From the IMG/VR virus record IMGVR_UViG_3300025387_000001: a DNA stretch of 64,000 nt. One strand, written 5' to 3'. Made by a program: the position numbers and the translations under genes. This document shows, piece after piece, positions 40,470-50,446 of this stretch. The notes below the pieces were generated by a model. It did no database searches, was not told where the DNA came from, and saw nothing but the letters and a program-made list of their open reading frames with translations. Origin of the DNA: an uncultured virus (IMG/VR IMGVR_UViG_3300025387_000001). Lineage: Duplodnaviria; Heunggongvirae; Uroviricota; Caudoviricetes. Numbering within the stretch: position 1 is the first letter of the stretch; each line of letters opens with the position of its first letter.

Positions 40470-41486
40470 ATGTCCTTATACATAGATAAAAAATATGTTT
40501 CCCTCCTTTCGCCCAAGTTGAAAAACTTCAAGCAAAGGGGGGAATTTTTATGGAATTTTTCCTGTCCCGTTTGTGGTGATTCCAAGAAGGACAAACTAAA
40601 GGCCCGTGGTTACATCTATAAGAAGAAGGAACACCTCTTCTTTATGTGTCATAATTGTCACACCTCCACCACATTTCAAAAGTTCCTAAAAGATGAAGAT
40701 CCGATGTTATATCGTGATTTTGTATTGGACTCGTTCGTCCAACCTAACACGACCAACACCGTTGTGGACGTCAAGGATTTTGTCTCCAAACCAGTCTTTA
40801 AAGAACAACCTAAGTCCCTACTATACAGTGATGCCGTTCGTGTCAATGGACTGAATCCTTATCATCCGGCTAGAAAATACCTAGAAGATAGGAAGGTTCC
40901 TATTGATGATATGTGGTATGCGGAAGACTTCGCAAACTTCGTTTCTGTCACATTTCCTGCACACGCAAAAACACTATATAAGGAACCTCGCATAATAATC
41001 CCGTTCTATAACAGAGACGGCCAACTACTGGGAATACAGGGGCGATCCATTGACAGACATTCCAAGATCAAGTATATCACAATCAAAAGTGACGAAGAGA
41101 ACCCAAAAGTTTTTGGTTGGGATAAACTTAACTTTGATATGCCTGTATATGTTGTTGAGGGACCCATCGACAGTCTTTTCCTTAACAATTCTCTGGCTAC
41201 TATGGATGCAGCACTGTTTAATGCTCCTAACATTGTAGGTCTTGACAAAGATTACAGATTTGTGTATGATAATGAACCACGAAACAAACAGATTGTTTCT
41301 AATATGCGGAAAACCATTGACTTGGGTTATAAGATTTGTATCTGGCCCAACACTGTGAAAGAAAAAGATATTAATGAAATGGTTCTTTCAGGATTATCTC
41401 CTGCCATTCTCCAACACATTATAGATATAAACACACACAGCGGATTTGAGGCTACGATGAACTTGAATATATGGAGTAGATTATGA
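40470..41486 (+). CDS. 61: DNA primase (gp61)
   Basis: CPVCGDS..CHNC zinc finger, VVEGPIDSLF, YDNEPRN, KDINEM. Confidence 0.96.
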   Translation: MSLYIDKKYVSLLSPKLKNFKQRGEFLWNFSCPVCGDSKKDKLKARGYIYKKKEHLFFMCHNCHTSTTFQKFLKDEDPMLYRDFVLDSFVQPNTTNTVVDVKDFVSKPVFKEQPKSLLYSDAVRVNGLNPYHPARKYLEDRKVPIDDMWYAEDFANFVSVTFPAHAKTLYKEPRIIIPFYNRDGQLLGIQGRSIDRHSKIKYITIKSDEENPKVFGWDKLNFDMPVYVVEGPIDSLFLNNSLATMDAALFNAPNIVGLDKDYRFVYDNEPRNKQIVSNMRKTIDLGYKICIWPNTVKEKDINEMVLSGLSPAILQHIIDINTHSGFEATMNLNIWSRL

Positions 41487-41692
41487 GTATGTTAAAATTT
41501 ACTAATATGAATAATCAAAGAGCAGGTGATCCACTTTATATTAATTCAGATTGGGTTGTTGCTATATATGAAAATCATAATGAAGGTGGATCATTATCAA
41601 CAGTTATATTTGGTGGACCACATAACACTGAATGGTATGTAGAAGAAAGTCTTGGTCAAGTTATTAAGATTATTAATGAGGAAACAAAATGA
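41483..41692 (+). CDS. small FlbD-like hypothetical protein
   Basis: PLYINSDWV..TVI..VEESLGQV pattern. Confidence 0.45.
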   Translation: MSMLKFTNMNNQRAGDPLYINSDWVVAIYENHNEGGSLSTVIFGGPHNTEWYVEESLGQVIKIINEETK

Positions 41693-42426
41693 ATACCGCG
41701 AAAATTATAGCATTGACACAACCTATCCTTTCGGCATGGGAAACACAAACAGAAAGATCCATTGGCGTAGAGGCATTCATTGCTTACACAGCCAGAGTAT
41801 CAAATCCATCCAATCAACATAACACACTAACCGCACCTAAACTTCTCAAATATCTAATCAAAAACAAGCACTGGTCTCCATTTGAGATGGTGTCTATCAC
41901 TATGGATATTCAGACAACCCGTGACATTTCACATCAGATCATTCGTCATCGTTCTTTTTCATTCCAAGAGTTTAGTCAACGTTATGCTGATCCAACCAAG
42001 GACATGGAGTTTGTAACAAGAGAAGCAAGACTACAAGACGCCAAGAATCGTCAGAATAGTATTGAGACGGATGATGAAGATTTAACTGATGTTTGGGAGA
42101 AAAAGCAGAAATCATTAACTAATCTTGCTGGAATTTATTATAAAGAAGCGATTGAAATGGGTATTGCTAAAGAACAGGCTAGATCGGTTCTACCAGAAGG
42201 TCTAACCAAGACACGACTATATATGTCAGGTACACTTCGTTCTTGGATTCACTGGATAGATGTTCGTGCGGAAGTAGGCACACAGAAAGAACATCGTTTG
42301 ATTGCTCTTGATGCACAGAAAGAAATACTACAACATTTCCCGTCATTGAGAGAGTATTGGCATCCTGCACCAATACAGATGGAGAATCCAGACGCTAAAG
42401 AAAAACCTTGGTGGCCATTTTGGTGA
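41689..42426 (+). CDS. thyX: flavin-dependent thymidylate synthase
   Basis: HWSPFE, QIIRHRSFSFQEFSQRY, EQARSVLP, QKEHR. Confidence 0.96.
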   Translation: MNTAKIIALTQPILSAWETQTERSIGVEAFIAYTARVSNPSNQHNTLTAPKLLKYLIKNKHWSPFEMVSITMDIQTTRDISHQIIRHRSFSFQEFSQRYADPTKDMEFVTREARLQDAKNRQNSIETDDEDLTDVWEKKQKSLTNLAGIYYKEAIEMGIAKEQARSVLPEGLTKTRLYMSGTLRSWIHWIDVRAEVGTQKEHRLIALDAQKEILQHFPSLREYWHPAPIQMENPDAKEKPWWPFW

Positions 42427-42492
42427 AAAGTAATGAGTGAACCTAACTTTATAAAATGGGGTCACGGAAAAAATTGTAAGAGGAAATAAAGA

Positions 42493-44388
42493 ATGGATTT
42501 ATACAGCCAATTCATATATAAGAGTCGTTATAGTCGTTATCTGCCAAAACAAAATCGTCGTGAAAACTGGGAAGAAACTATAAATCGTTATCTTGACTTT
42601 ATGGAAAATCATCTCCAAGAAAAGCATCAATACGATATAAAGCCTATTCGTTCTCGTTTGTTTGATGCTATTCACGATCTAAAAGTTATGCCAAGTATGC
42701 GATCACTAATGACTGCTGGCAAGGCTTTGGAACGTGACAACACCTGCGGATACAACTGCTCATTCTTGCCTGTAGATGATCCAAAAGCATTTGATGAAGC
42801 AATGTTTGTCCTCTTGTGTGGAACAGGCGTAGGTTTTTCGGTAGAGAGACAATTCATCAATCAGTTGCCAGAAATTCCGGAAAAACTATTTGACTCGGAG
42901 ACTACCATTTCCGTTAGAGATAGTAAGGAAGGTTGGGCCAAGGCACTTCGTATGCTTATTGCTCTACTTTATACTGGAGAGATTCCAAAGTGGGACTTGA
43001 CAAAAGTTCGTCCCGCTGGTGCTCCGCTAAAAACATTTGGTGGTCGTAGTTCCGGACCCGAACCATTACATGAACTATTCAGATTTGTTGTAAAAACATT
43101 TCGTAACGCCCATGGCCGCCGTCTGACATCATTAGAGTGTCACGATATTCTATGTAAAATAGGCGAGGTAGTGGTTGTTGGTGGTGTTCGTCGTTCTGCT
43201 ATGATTAGTTTGTCTAACCTTAGCGATGATAGAATGAGACATTGTAAATCAGGAAGTTGGTGGGAAGCAAATCCACAACGAGCATTGTCAAACAACTCTG
43301 CCGTGTATAATGAGAAGCCAGAAGTTGGCACATTCATGGCAGAATGGATTTCATTGTATGAAAGTAAATCAGGTGAGAGAGGACTATTCAGCCGTGAAGC
43401 ATGTCAAACAATCGCAAAACGAAATGGCAGAAGAAATAGTGAACAACTATTTGGCACAAACCCATGTAGCGAAATTATCCTTCGCCCATATGGATTCTGC
43501 AATCTTACGGAAGTTGTTATCCGAGCCGATGACACCATGGAAACTATTCGTGATAAAATTGAGGTTGCGACTATTCTTGGTACTTTTCAATCTACTCTTA
43601 CGGATTTTCCCTACCTAAGAAAGATTTGGGTTAAGAATGCCGAAGAAGAAAGACTACTTGGTGTTTCTCTTACAGGCATCTATGACTCCAAACTATTCAA
43701 CAATCCACAAGATAAAGAAATCAAGGCACGCCTTGCTTCTCTCCGTGACTATGCTGTTGAGGTGAATAATGGACTTGCTGAAAAACTTGGTATTAATCCT
43801 GCCGCTGCTATTACTTGTGTCAAGCCTTCTGGCACAGTATCGCAACTATGCGACTCCGCGTCTGGTATTCATCCACGGCATTCTAATTATTATATCCGTC
43901 GTGTTCGGGCTGATAATAAAGATCCTCTAACAAAGTTTATGAAAGAGAAGGGTGTGCCTTGGGAACCAGATGTGATGAAGCCTGATTCCACAACTGTATT
44001 TTCTTTCCCACAGAAAGCACCAAAGGGTGCCGTGGTTCGTGATGACATTGATGCTATCAAACATTTGGAGTTGTGGGCGGTGTATCAGGAACACTTCACG
44101 GAACATAAGCCATCAGTTACGATTACTGTTCGTGAGGATGAATGGATGAAAGTTGGTGCCTGGGTTTACGACCACTTTGATGAAATGTCCGGCGTCTCGT
44201 TCTTGCCTTATGATGGTGGTAGCTACCGGCAAGCACCTTATGAGGCCATAACCAAAGACCTTTACGATGCTATGTTACCTTCCATTCCAACCGAAATAAA
44301 CTGGGATGAACTCAAAGAGTTTGAGGATAATGTGGAGGGGGTGCAGACCTTGGCCTGTAGTGCGGCAGGCGGTGGATGCGACATCTAA
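42493..44388 (+). CDS. nrdJ: class II (B12-dependent) ribonucleotide reductase
   Basis: [36 protein letters not shown]-terminal AC..GGGCDI. Confidence 0.95.
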   Translation: MDLYSQFIYKSRYSRYLPKQNRRENWEETINRYLDFMENHLQEKHQYDIKPIRSRLFDAIHDLKVMPSMRSLMTAGKALERDNTCGYNCSFLPVDDPKAFDEAMFVLLCGTGVGFSVERQFINQLPEIPEKLFDSETTISVRDSKEGWAKALRMLIALLYTGEIPKWDLTKVRPAGAPLKTFGGRSSGPEPLHELFRFVVKTFRNAHGRRLTSLECHDILCKIGEVVVVGGVRRSAMISLSNLSDDRMRHCKSGSWWEANPQRALSNNSAVYNEKPEVGTFMAEWISLYESKSGERGLFSREACQTIAKRNGRRNSEQLFGTNPCSEIILRPYGFCNLTEVVIRADDTMETIRDKIEVATILGTFQSTLTDFPYLRKIWVKNAEEERLLGVSLTGIYDSKLFNNPQDKEIKARLASLRDYAVEVNNGLAEKLGINPAAAITCVKPSGTVSQLCDSASGIHPRHSNYYIRRVRADNKDPLTKFMKEKGVPWEPDVMKPDSTTVFSFPQKAPKGAVVRDDIDAIKHLELWAVYQEHFTEHKPSVTITVREDEWMKVGAWVYDHFDEMSGVSFLPYDGGSYRQAPYEAITKDLYDAMLPSIPTEINWDELKEFEDNVEGVQTLACSAAGGGCDI

Positions 44389-45116
44389 TGTTTTGATAGT
44401 TTGGCCTTGGATATAGCCTTACCAACTCTAAGGTTATATTCGGGGTCAGACCATCTTACTTTGTTTCTATAAGACGCAGCGCAGGACTTATTACAGAAAT
44501 GTGCGGCCTTTCTATTATTGGCGGTATCTCTTTCTGTATGTTCTTTACCACAATGCTTACAATGCCAGGTGAATGTAGAAAGTATTTTGTTATAAGGTTC
44601 TAATCCTGGCGTTCCTTTGTTATAACGACCTTTTAGTTTTTCGGAAACTTTTTTGGCAATCTCCGGATCCTTCATGGGATTGTTAGTAAGGAATCTTTCA
44701 CGCTGTTGTGGATTAGAAATACCTTTGTTAGGAGCAGGACGACCAAGTGCCTTTTGTCTTATCTTTTCTCTTGTTTCAGGAGAATGTATTCCAGTTTTTC
44801 CTTTATTAGGATGCTGAAAACCAGATTGTCCGTTTCCACCATCAGACAGATTGCGGAGAATACCAGTACCATTGTCTTTGCGACCATACCATCTAATGTA
44901 GAATCGTTCTAAGGCAAAAGCACCAAGTTCTGTTAGATTGGCCTCCATAATAATGATTTTGCTATGGTCTTTTGGTGGTTGAGCATTACATTGTCTATGA
45001 CGGCGCCAGGCACGATTACTTTTGCCTTTACCAATGTAATAGACATTACCATTCTTGGAAATATATGCGTAAATATAGAACTCTGGTGGTAGATTTGTGG
45101 TAGAATAAATAGCCAT
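44385..45116 (-). CDS. GIY-YIG homing endonuclease, family B, inverted
   Basis: [44 protein letters not shown]. Confidence 0.9.
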   Translation of the reverse strand: MAIYSTTNLPPEFYIYAYISKNGNVYYIGKGKSNRAWRRHRQCNAQPPKDHSKIIIMEANLTELGAFALERFYIRWYGRKDNGTGILRNLSDGGNGQSGFQHPNKGKTGIHSPETREKIRQKALGRPAPNKGISNPQQRERFLTNNPMKDPEIAKKVSEKLKGRYNKGTPGLEPYNKILSTFTWHCKHCGKEHTERDTANNRKAAHFCNKSCAASYRNKVRWSDPEYNLRVGKAISKAKLSKH

Positions 45117-45182
45117 GCTGATACCTCCGTATAAGGTGTTAGAGTAGGCAGGTTCCCCAACCGTGGCCTACAACCCTATTTA
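45106..45182 (+). ncRNA. endonuclease-associated two-hairpin element, copy 5 (inverted with its gene)
   Basis: + strand reads TAAATA-gccat-GCTGATACCT..AGGTGTTAG-A-GTAGGC-A-GGTT..AACC-GTG-GCCTAC. Confidence 0.75.
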
Positions 45183-45202
45183 GTAAACATGAAAGTTAAT
45201 AT

Positions 45203-45664
45203 ATGAGAAAACTACTAATAGCATTATTACTAATATCAACACCAGCAATGGCACTTGACCCTTTGCTGCCAAACCACCAACTAACACCAGGCGCAACTCT
45301 TCCTGTTACAGAGAAAGAGGTCTGCGTTCCTGGTTATGCTGGTCGTGTTAGAAATGTTCCACAGTTTGTGAAGAACAAAGCATACCAGATTTATGGTATT
45401 ACATCTCGCAAACCCGGTCAGTATGAGATAGACCACCTAATCAGTTTACAGTTAGGTGGATCAAATGATCTTAGCAATCTTTGGCCACAGTCATACGTGA
45501 CACTACCGTGGAATGCCCATGTGAAAGATAAACTTGAGAATAAACTACATGCCTTGGTGTGTAGTGGTCAGATGACCTTGAAAGAAGCACAGGAGAAGAT
45601 TTCAGGAGACTGGACTAAAGCTTACTGTGAAGTTTTTGGTATTACCAACTGTAATGGAGACTAA
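45203..45664 (+). CDS. secreted HNH-like protein
   Basis: Signal peptide; YEIDHLISLQLGGSN..NLWPQ. Confidence 0.75.
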   Translation: MRKLLIALLLISTPAMALDPLLPNHQLTPGATLPVTEKEVCVPGYAGRVRNVPQFVKNKAYQIYGITSRKPGQYEIDHLISLQLGGSNDLSNLWPQSYVTLPWNAHVKDKLENKLHALVCSGQMTLKEAQEKISGDWTKAYCEVFGITNCNGD

Positions 45665-45665
45665 T

Positions 45666-46067
45666 GTGAAGAAATTACTTATCGCAATGATGCTACTAAC
45701 AACACCAGCAATGTCACAGACTGATATCACTATCAGTAAGAGACACCAGATGATGCAGGTTGATACGGACTCAGGTTCATACCAGTTTCCAGTATCAACA
45801 GCCCGTAAAGGTTATTATACACCAACAGGAACTTTTCATCCTTATTCACTACAACCAATGCACTACTCAAGGAAATATGATATGGCACCTATGCCTCACT
45901 CCATCTTTTTTAGTGGCGGTTATGCTATCCATGCTACTCCACATACTGGTGCTTTGGGGCGTCCTGCTTCTCATGGTTGCGTTCGTCTATCACCTGCTAA
46001 CGCTGCGTTTCTTTATGGGATTGTGAAGAATGATAAAGAAGGTACGACGATCAGGATCACAAACTGA
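45666..46067 (+). CDS. L,D-transpeptidase (YkuD family), secreted
   Basis: GTG start with GGAG SD; PVSTA..TPTG, AIHAT..ASHGCVRL. Confidence 0.92.
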   Translation: MKKLLIAMMLLTTPAMSQTDITISKRHQMMQVDTDSGSYQFPVSTARKGYYTPTGTFHPYSLQPMHYSRKYDMAPMPHSIFFSGGYAIHATPHTGALGRPASHGCVRLSPANAAFLYGIVKNDKEGTTIRITN

Positions 46068-46565
46068 TGAATTAAACTTGATTTTGGCCGAACAATTGCA
46101 ATCGGCAAAACTAAGTTTAAAAACAATAAATAGATTTTTAAAACTTATGCCAAATGATCCATGGTTACTACAAGGTAAAAAAATAGTAGAAAAAAGAATT
46201 AGTTGGTATGAAAGTATGATAACAGAACCTTCTTACAAAAGAAAGAGGGTAATAAATATAAGAAGAACATTGACCAACATAAAATATTATGTAAGGTTCA
46301 TACACTTCTTCAGAAAGAGGAAAAACTAATGGCTTGGAATACAGGTTCTCAAATACTAGATCAGATTATAGAAAAACTGGTTGATAGCGAAGTTTCATAT
46401 GATGATCGTAAAATCGTTTATGAAATCTTGCTAGAGGTCTTTGAGGACTTTGATGCTAAGAACTTAGACGAATGTGTTGAAATGGATAAGGCCTTCGATG
46501 AGGTATGGAACGAAAAGTATCCACCTGAGATGGAAGACGAAGAGGACTGACACCTACATAGGTGT

Positions 46566-46958
46566 ATGTGGTTATACAACAATACACCTTTTGAAGAAAT
46601 ACCCGATGGTTATGTGGCCTTTGTTTACCTTATCACCAACGAGGTAACAGGTCGTAAGTATATCGGAAAGAAACTGTTTAAATTCACCCGCTCTACCAAA
46701 CGAAAAGGTAAGCGGGTGAAAAAACAGGTTGACTCCGACTGGAAAGACTATTATGGTTCTAACAAAGAACTAAATGAGCATGTGGATCTATACGGCAAAG
46801 ACAAGTTCAAACGAGAAATCCTATATCTTTGTAAGTCTAAAGGTGAGGCTTCATACCTTGAGGCCAAGGAGCAGTTTGCTAGAGACGCATTGATGACCGA
46901 AGATTACTATAATACATGGATTATGGTACGAGTAAGGAAATCTCATATAAAGAGATGA
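46566..46958 (+). CDS. short GIY-YIG nuclease (conserved T4-like)
   Basis: FVYLITN..KYIGKK, WKDYYGS, YLEAKEQF, YYN. Confidence 0.8.
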   Translation: MWLYNNTPFEEIPDGYVAFVYLITNEVTGRKYIGKKLFKFTRSTKRKGKRVKKQVDSDWKDYYGSNKELNEHVDLYGKDKFKREILYLCKSKGEASYLEAKEQFARDALMTEDYYNTWIMVRVRKSHIKR

Positions 46959-46962
46959 TAAA

Positions 46963-47553
46963 ATGATCTTTGAAAATGTTTTTTGTAATTTTTTAGCCTA
47001 TGAAGATATCATTATTGATAATAATGATATTGAAAATTTTTGTTATCGAAAAATGAATGAAGATGAAAAAGGTCGTGTATTAACCAATAAAGGTGGATGG
47101 CAAAGTAATGATCTTTTTTTGCCGGTTTCGGAATTGTGTGAATTAACAAGTATTGTTACTTACAATATGAGAAAACTGGCCAAAAAAATTAATCTTAAAA
47201 ATGTCCATGATTTGTATTTATCTAATTTTTGGATAAATATAAATAAAAATTCTAACTCTAATTCACCTCACACCCATCCTAATTCTGTATTAACTGCTGT
47301 ATATTATGTTAAAGTTCCTTATAAATCTGGTGATATAAGATTTTTTAGTCCTATTGAAAATAATCATGATTATTTCAAAGATTTTATGATAGAAAATTAT
47401 AATGAATATAACTCGACAACTTATACATTAAAACCATCACAAGGAAAATTAGTATTTTTTCCTTCTTGGTTGAAACACGAAGTTGAAAGCAATGAAACAA
47501 ATATGGATAGAATAAGTATAGCATTTAATTCAAATTATAAGGATTTATTATGA
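46963..47553 (+). CDS. 2OG-Fe(II) oxygenase (TIGR02466-like)
   Basis: GGWQS, WININ, PHTHP, FPSWLKHEV, RISIAFN. Confidence 0.9.
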   Translation: MIFENVFCNFLAYEDIIIDNNDIENFCYRKMNEDEKGRVLTNKGGWQSNDLFLPVSELCELTSIVTYNMRKLAKKINLKNVHDLYLSNFWININKNSNSNSPHTHPNSVLTAVYYVKVPYKSGDIRFFSPIENNHDYFKDFMIENYNEYNSTTYTLKPSQGKLVFFPSWLKHEVESNETNMDRISIAFNSNYKDLL

Positions 47554-48164
47554 AAGAACCAGAAGATCATATACCAGCATATTGTAAATATGACTATGTT
47601 GAAAATTTTGTTGTTACCAAAGAGTTTCTAACAAAACAAGAGTGTGATGTATTTGTAAGAGATGCAAAAGAACTTAATCTTTATGATGCGGAAGTGGAAG
47701 TAAAGAAAGGTCCTGTCAAAACATCAGATTTGGTATCGGAAGTCAGAGATAGTAAAATACATTTCATTAACTATGACAATACAAAGTTTGATTGGTTCTT
47801 TCAAAAGATCCTACAAACATTGGTGAATATTAATACAGACTATTTTGATTTTGATATTCTTGGATTTCAGGAAGACTTACAGTTTACAGAATACAATGCT
47901 CCTTGTGGCCATTATGCAGATCACACCGACAAACTCCTACAAGGCAATGTTCGAAAACTAACAATGGTTGTCCAATTAACCGATCCTGAAGAATATGAAG
48001 GTGGTGAATTGGAACTATGTTTAGGCGGTGAACCATTTGTGGTACCAAAAGAACAGGGAACATTGGTAACATTTCCATCATACAATCTACATAGAGTAAG
48101 ACCGACAACAAAAGGCACTCGCCATAGTTTGGTTGGTTGGGTAACAGGGAGACCATTTAGATGA
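47550..48164 (+). CDS. 2OG-Fe(II) oxygenase (prolyl hydroxylase-like)
   Basis: HTD, RKLT, YEGGEL, FPSYNLHRV, RHSLVGW. Confidence 0.9.
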   Translation: MKEPEDHIPAYCKYDYVENFVVTKEFLTKQECDVFVRDAKELNLYDAEVEVKKGPVKTSDLVSEVRDSKIHFINYDNTKFDWFFQKILQTLVNINTDYFDFDILGFQEDLQFTEYNAPCGHYADHTDKLLQGNVRKLTMVVQLTDPEEYEGGELELCLGGEPFVVPKEQGTLVTFPSYNLHRVRPTTKGTRHSLVGWVTGRPFR

Positions 48165-48388
48165 ACGTTATAATGTATTCAAAAGATGACTGTGCCTTTT
48201 GTGATAAGGCCAAAAACTTGTTAAAGATGAAGGCAATTGAGTTTATTGAGTATAAACTTGGTAAGGACTTTGACCGTGATACCCTTTTGGAACAGTTCCC
48301 AGAGGCACGAACATTTCCTGTAATAACACTTAATAAAGAATATATCGGTGGTTTTAATGAACTTGAAAAGTTGCTGAATACTAAATAA
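48161..48388 (+). CDS. glutaredoxin
   Basis: CAFC active site, RTFPVI, YIGGF. Confidence 0.93.
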   Translation: MNVIMYSKDDCAFCDKAKNLLKMKAIEFIEYKLGKDFDRDTLLEQFPEARTFPVITLNKEYIGGFNELEKLLNTK

Positions 48389-48455
48389 GTGTGTAGGCCA
48401 CGGATTGGCGTCCTGCCTACTCTAATGCTTTAGGGAGCACCAGCATGTCTATTTA
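48382..48455 (-). ncRNA. endonuclease-associated two-hairpin element, copy 6
   Basis: GTAGGC-CAC-GGA..TCC-T-GCCTAC-TCTAATGCT..AGCACCAGC; TATTTA at 48450. Confidence 0.75.
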
Positions 48456-49053
48456 TCCTACCGGTTTCTACATTTACGCCTATCTACGCAAATCCAACTT
48501 AACACCTTACTATATTGGAAAAGGTAAAGGTGAAAGAGCGTGGAATAGCAAAAGTCATACAAAAAACAATAATGCAAGGACTCCTAAAGACAAAAGATAT
48601 ATTGTTATTATGGAATCCAATCTAACGGAACTTGGCGCTTTTGCTTTAGAAAGATTTTATATTCGTTGGTATGGCCGTAAAGATATCGGAACAGGTATAT
48701 TGAGAAACCTGACTTATGGTGGTGATGGAGCAGAAGGTTATATTTTCACCAAGGAACAACTTGAGAAAAGAGGAAAAAATATCTCTTCGTCAAAAAAAGG
48801 AAAACCCCTTACGAGAAAAGCATTGGAATCAAAGAAAAAATACTTTTATGAAGTTGTCTGTTCCGATGGTAATATAGTTAATACAGATAACTTACAACAG
48901 TTTTGTAGAGATAATAAACTGGATATGTCAGCCTTATCCAGAACCGTGAATAAAGAAAGAAAACAACACAAAGGATTCTATGTGAAGAAAAGACTTGACA
49001 AAAAGTATATTGGCGGTTATAATGAGTTGTATGATTTGCTACTAACTCACTAA
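48445..49053 (+). CDS. GIY-YIG homing endonuclease, family B, ending in a glutaredoxin C-terminal remnant
   Basis: [30 protein letters not shown]; ends [14 protein letters not shown]. Confidence 0.9.
   Translation: MSIYPTGFYIYAYLRKSNLTPYYIGKGKGERAWNSKSHTKNNNARTPKDKRYIVIMESNLTELGAFALERFYIRWYGRKDIGTGILRNLTYGGDGAEGYIFTKEQLEKRGKNISSSKKGKPLTRKALESKKKYFYEVVCSDGNIVNTDNLQQFCRDNKLDMSALSRTVNKERKQHKGFYVKKRLDKKYIGGYNELYDLLLTH
48995..49023 (+). promoter_or_regulatory. consensus sigma70 promoter inside the glutaredoxin remnant
   Basis: TTGACA-17-TATAAT. Confidence 0.75.
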
Positions 49054-49311
49054 GGAACAGAAATGAATATACTTCCTTTTCCTACTGTAACACCAGACAT
49101 GCGTGTAGGATCTATAGCAGTTACCAAAAATAGAGATACCCGTAGGACTCGCCGAGAATTCCTAGACAAGGCTAAGGCAACCTTACCTAGAAATGATTAT
49201 GAGGAACTATTGATGGCTATTTTGGACCCGGAATACTATATGGAAGGTGATCACCTTATCCGTAGGGCCGTTGATGATTATTATGACCATGTTGAAAGTA
49301 GGAGTTGAGTT

Positions 49312-49584
49312 ATGATTGATAAATATGCTCTAAAGGAACAACTACAGAATGGTGTTGTCACCGTTGTTTTTGAGAAGACTGACGGAACGGAACGCACAAT
49401 GCGTTGCACCCTTTCCGATCTATATGTTCCTCAAGTAGAACCACAGATGTTGTCAGAGTATGACGGACAGGTTCCTAAGAACACAAGGCAGATTAATGAT
49501 AGTGTCCAACCTGTATGGGACATTGACGCAGGAGGTTGGCGTTCATTCCGTTTGGATTCAGTCAAACAAGTGTTAAGTGAATAA
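49312..49584 (+). CDS. conserved T4-like SH3/WYL-like protein
   Basis: VFEKTDGTERTMRCTL..VWDI..GWRSFR. Confidence 0.8.
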   Translation: MIDKYALKEQLQNGVVTVVFEKTDGTERTMRCTLSDLYVPQVEPQMLSEYDGQVPKNTRQINDSVQPVWDIDAGGWRSFRLDSVKQVLSE

Positions 49585-49987
49585 ACCTCTGTTTATGGCT
49601 GTTGTCCTATCAACGGCGTTTTGGTTAGTGCTAAAGACCGTAGCATTTCTTTTATATGGTATAATCGTTCAATGAAGGATAAACAAATGTCAGCAGATAA
49701 TGGAATATATGTGTTACTAACTGAGTCCGAAAAAGGTCCAGAATACCGTGTTACGAGGGCCAATGCAATTGATAACATCTATGGTGAATGGAATTCGGAA
49801 ACAGGAAAATATGAAGGAAATGTTGAAGCAATCCTTGATACCTTTGCACAAGTGCCTGTTTTCTATACAATAAACGAGGCTCTTGACTTTGCTGAGGAAT
49901 TAGAGCATAATACCGATCCTACTGAAGACGGAGTATGTGTTATTTCGGACTTTAAGTCATTCGGTAATATATTCGTTTGAGGAAAAC

Positions 49988-50446
49988 ATGGCGCAGATAA
50001 AAATACACGGTACTCCTAAAAAGGTAAATAAAAAAGAAATCAAAGAGGCCGCTTCCTTTTTCTGCGACTATCTCATGAAACGCCTAAGTAAAAATGTCCT
50101 TGTGGTTATAAAACTAAAAAAGGACCTCTATAAACAAAGTAAGTGTTTTGGTTTTGCAATGTATACCGATGATGATGCAAGAAACCATAATCATAGGGAG
50201 TTTGAGATAGAGATTGATAGTGGCCTTGGCCGTGTGTTCTTACTACGAACCATAGCACATGAGTTGACACATGTGAAGCAATATGCCAGAAAAGAACTGG
50301 TTGATGCCGATTGCAACTATCAAAAATGGAATAAAGTGTTATATAATGAGAAGGTAATCGGTTATAAAAATCTTCCTTGGGAAGCAGAGGCACGATTGCT
50401 CGAAAAGCAACTATATGAAATGTGGAAAGAAAAAAGTGGAAGATAA
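49988..50446 (+). CDS. HExxH zinc metallopeptidase-like protein
   Basis: AHELTHVKQY..PWEAEA. Confidence 0.8.
   Translation: MAQIKIHGTPKKVNKKEIKEAASFFCDYLMKRLSKNVLVVIKLKKDLYKQSKCFGFAMYTDDDARNHNHREFEIEIDSGLGRVFLLRTIAHELTHVKQYARKELVDADCNYQKWNKVLYNEKVIGYKNLPWEAEARLLEKQLYEMWKEKSGR

Noticed and set aside
42493..45116. Endonuclease as an intron-encoded ORF of nrdJ
   Set aside because: nrdJ is uninterrupted and ends in its Cys motif; the nuclease is convergent and downstream
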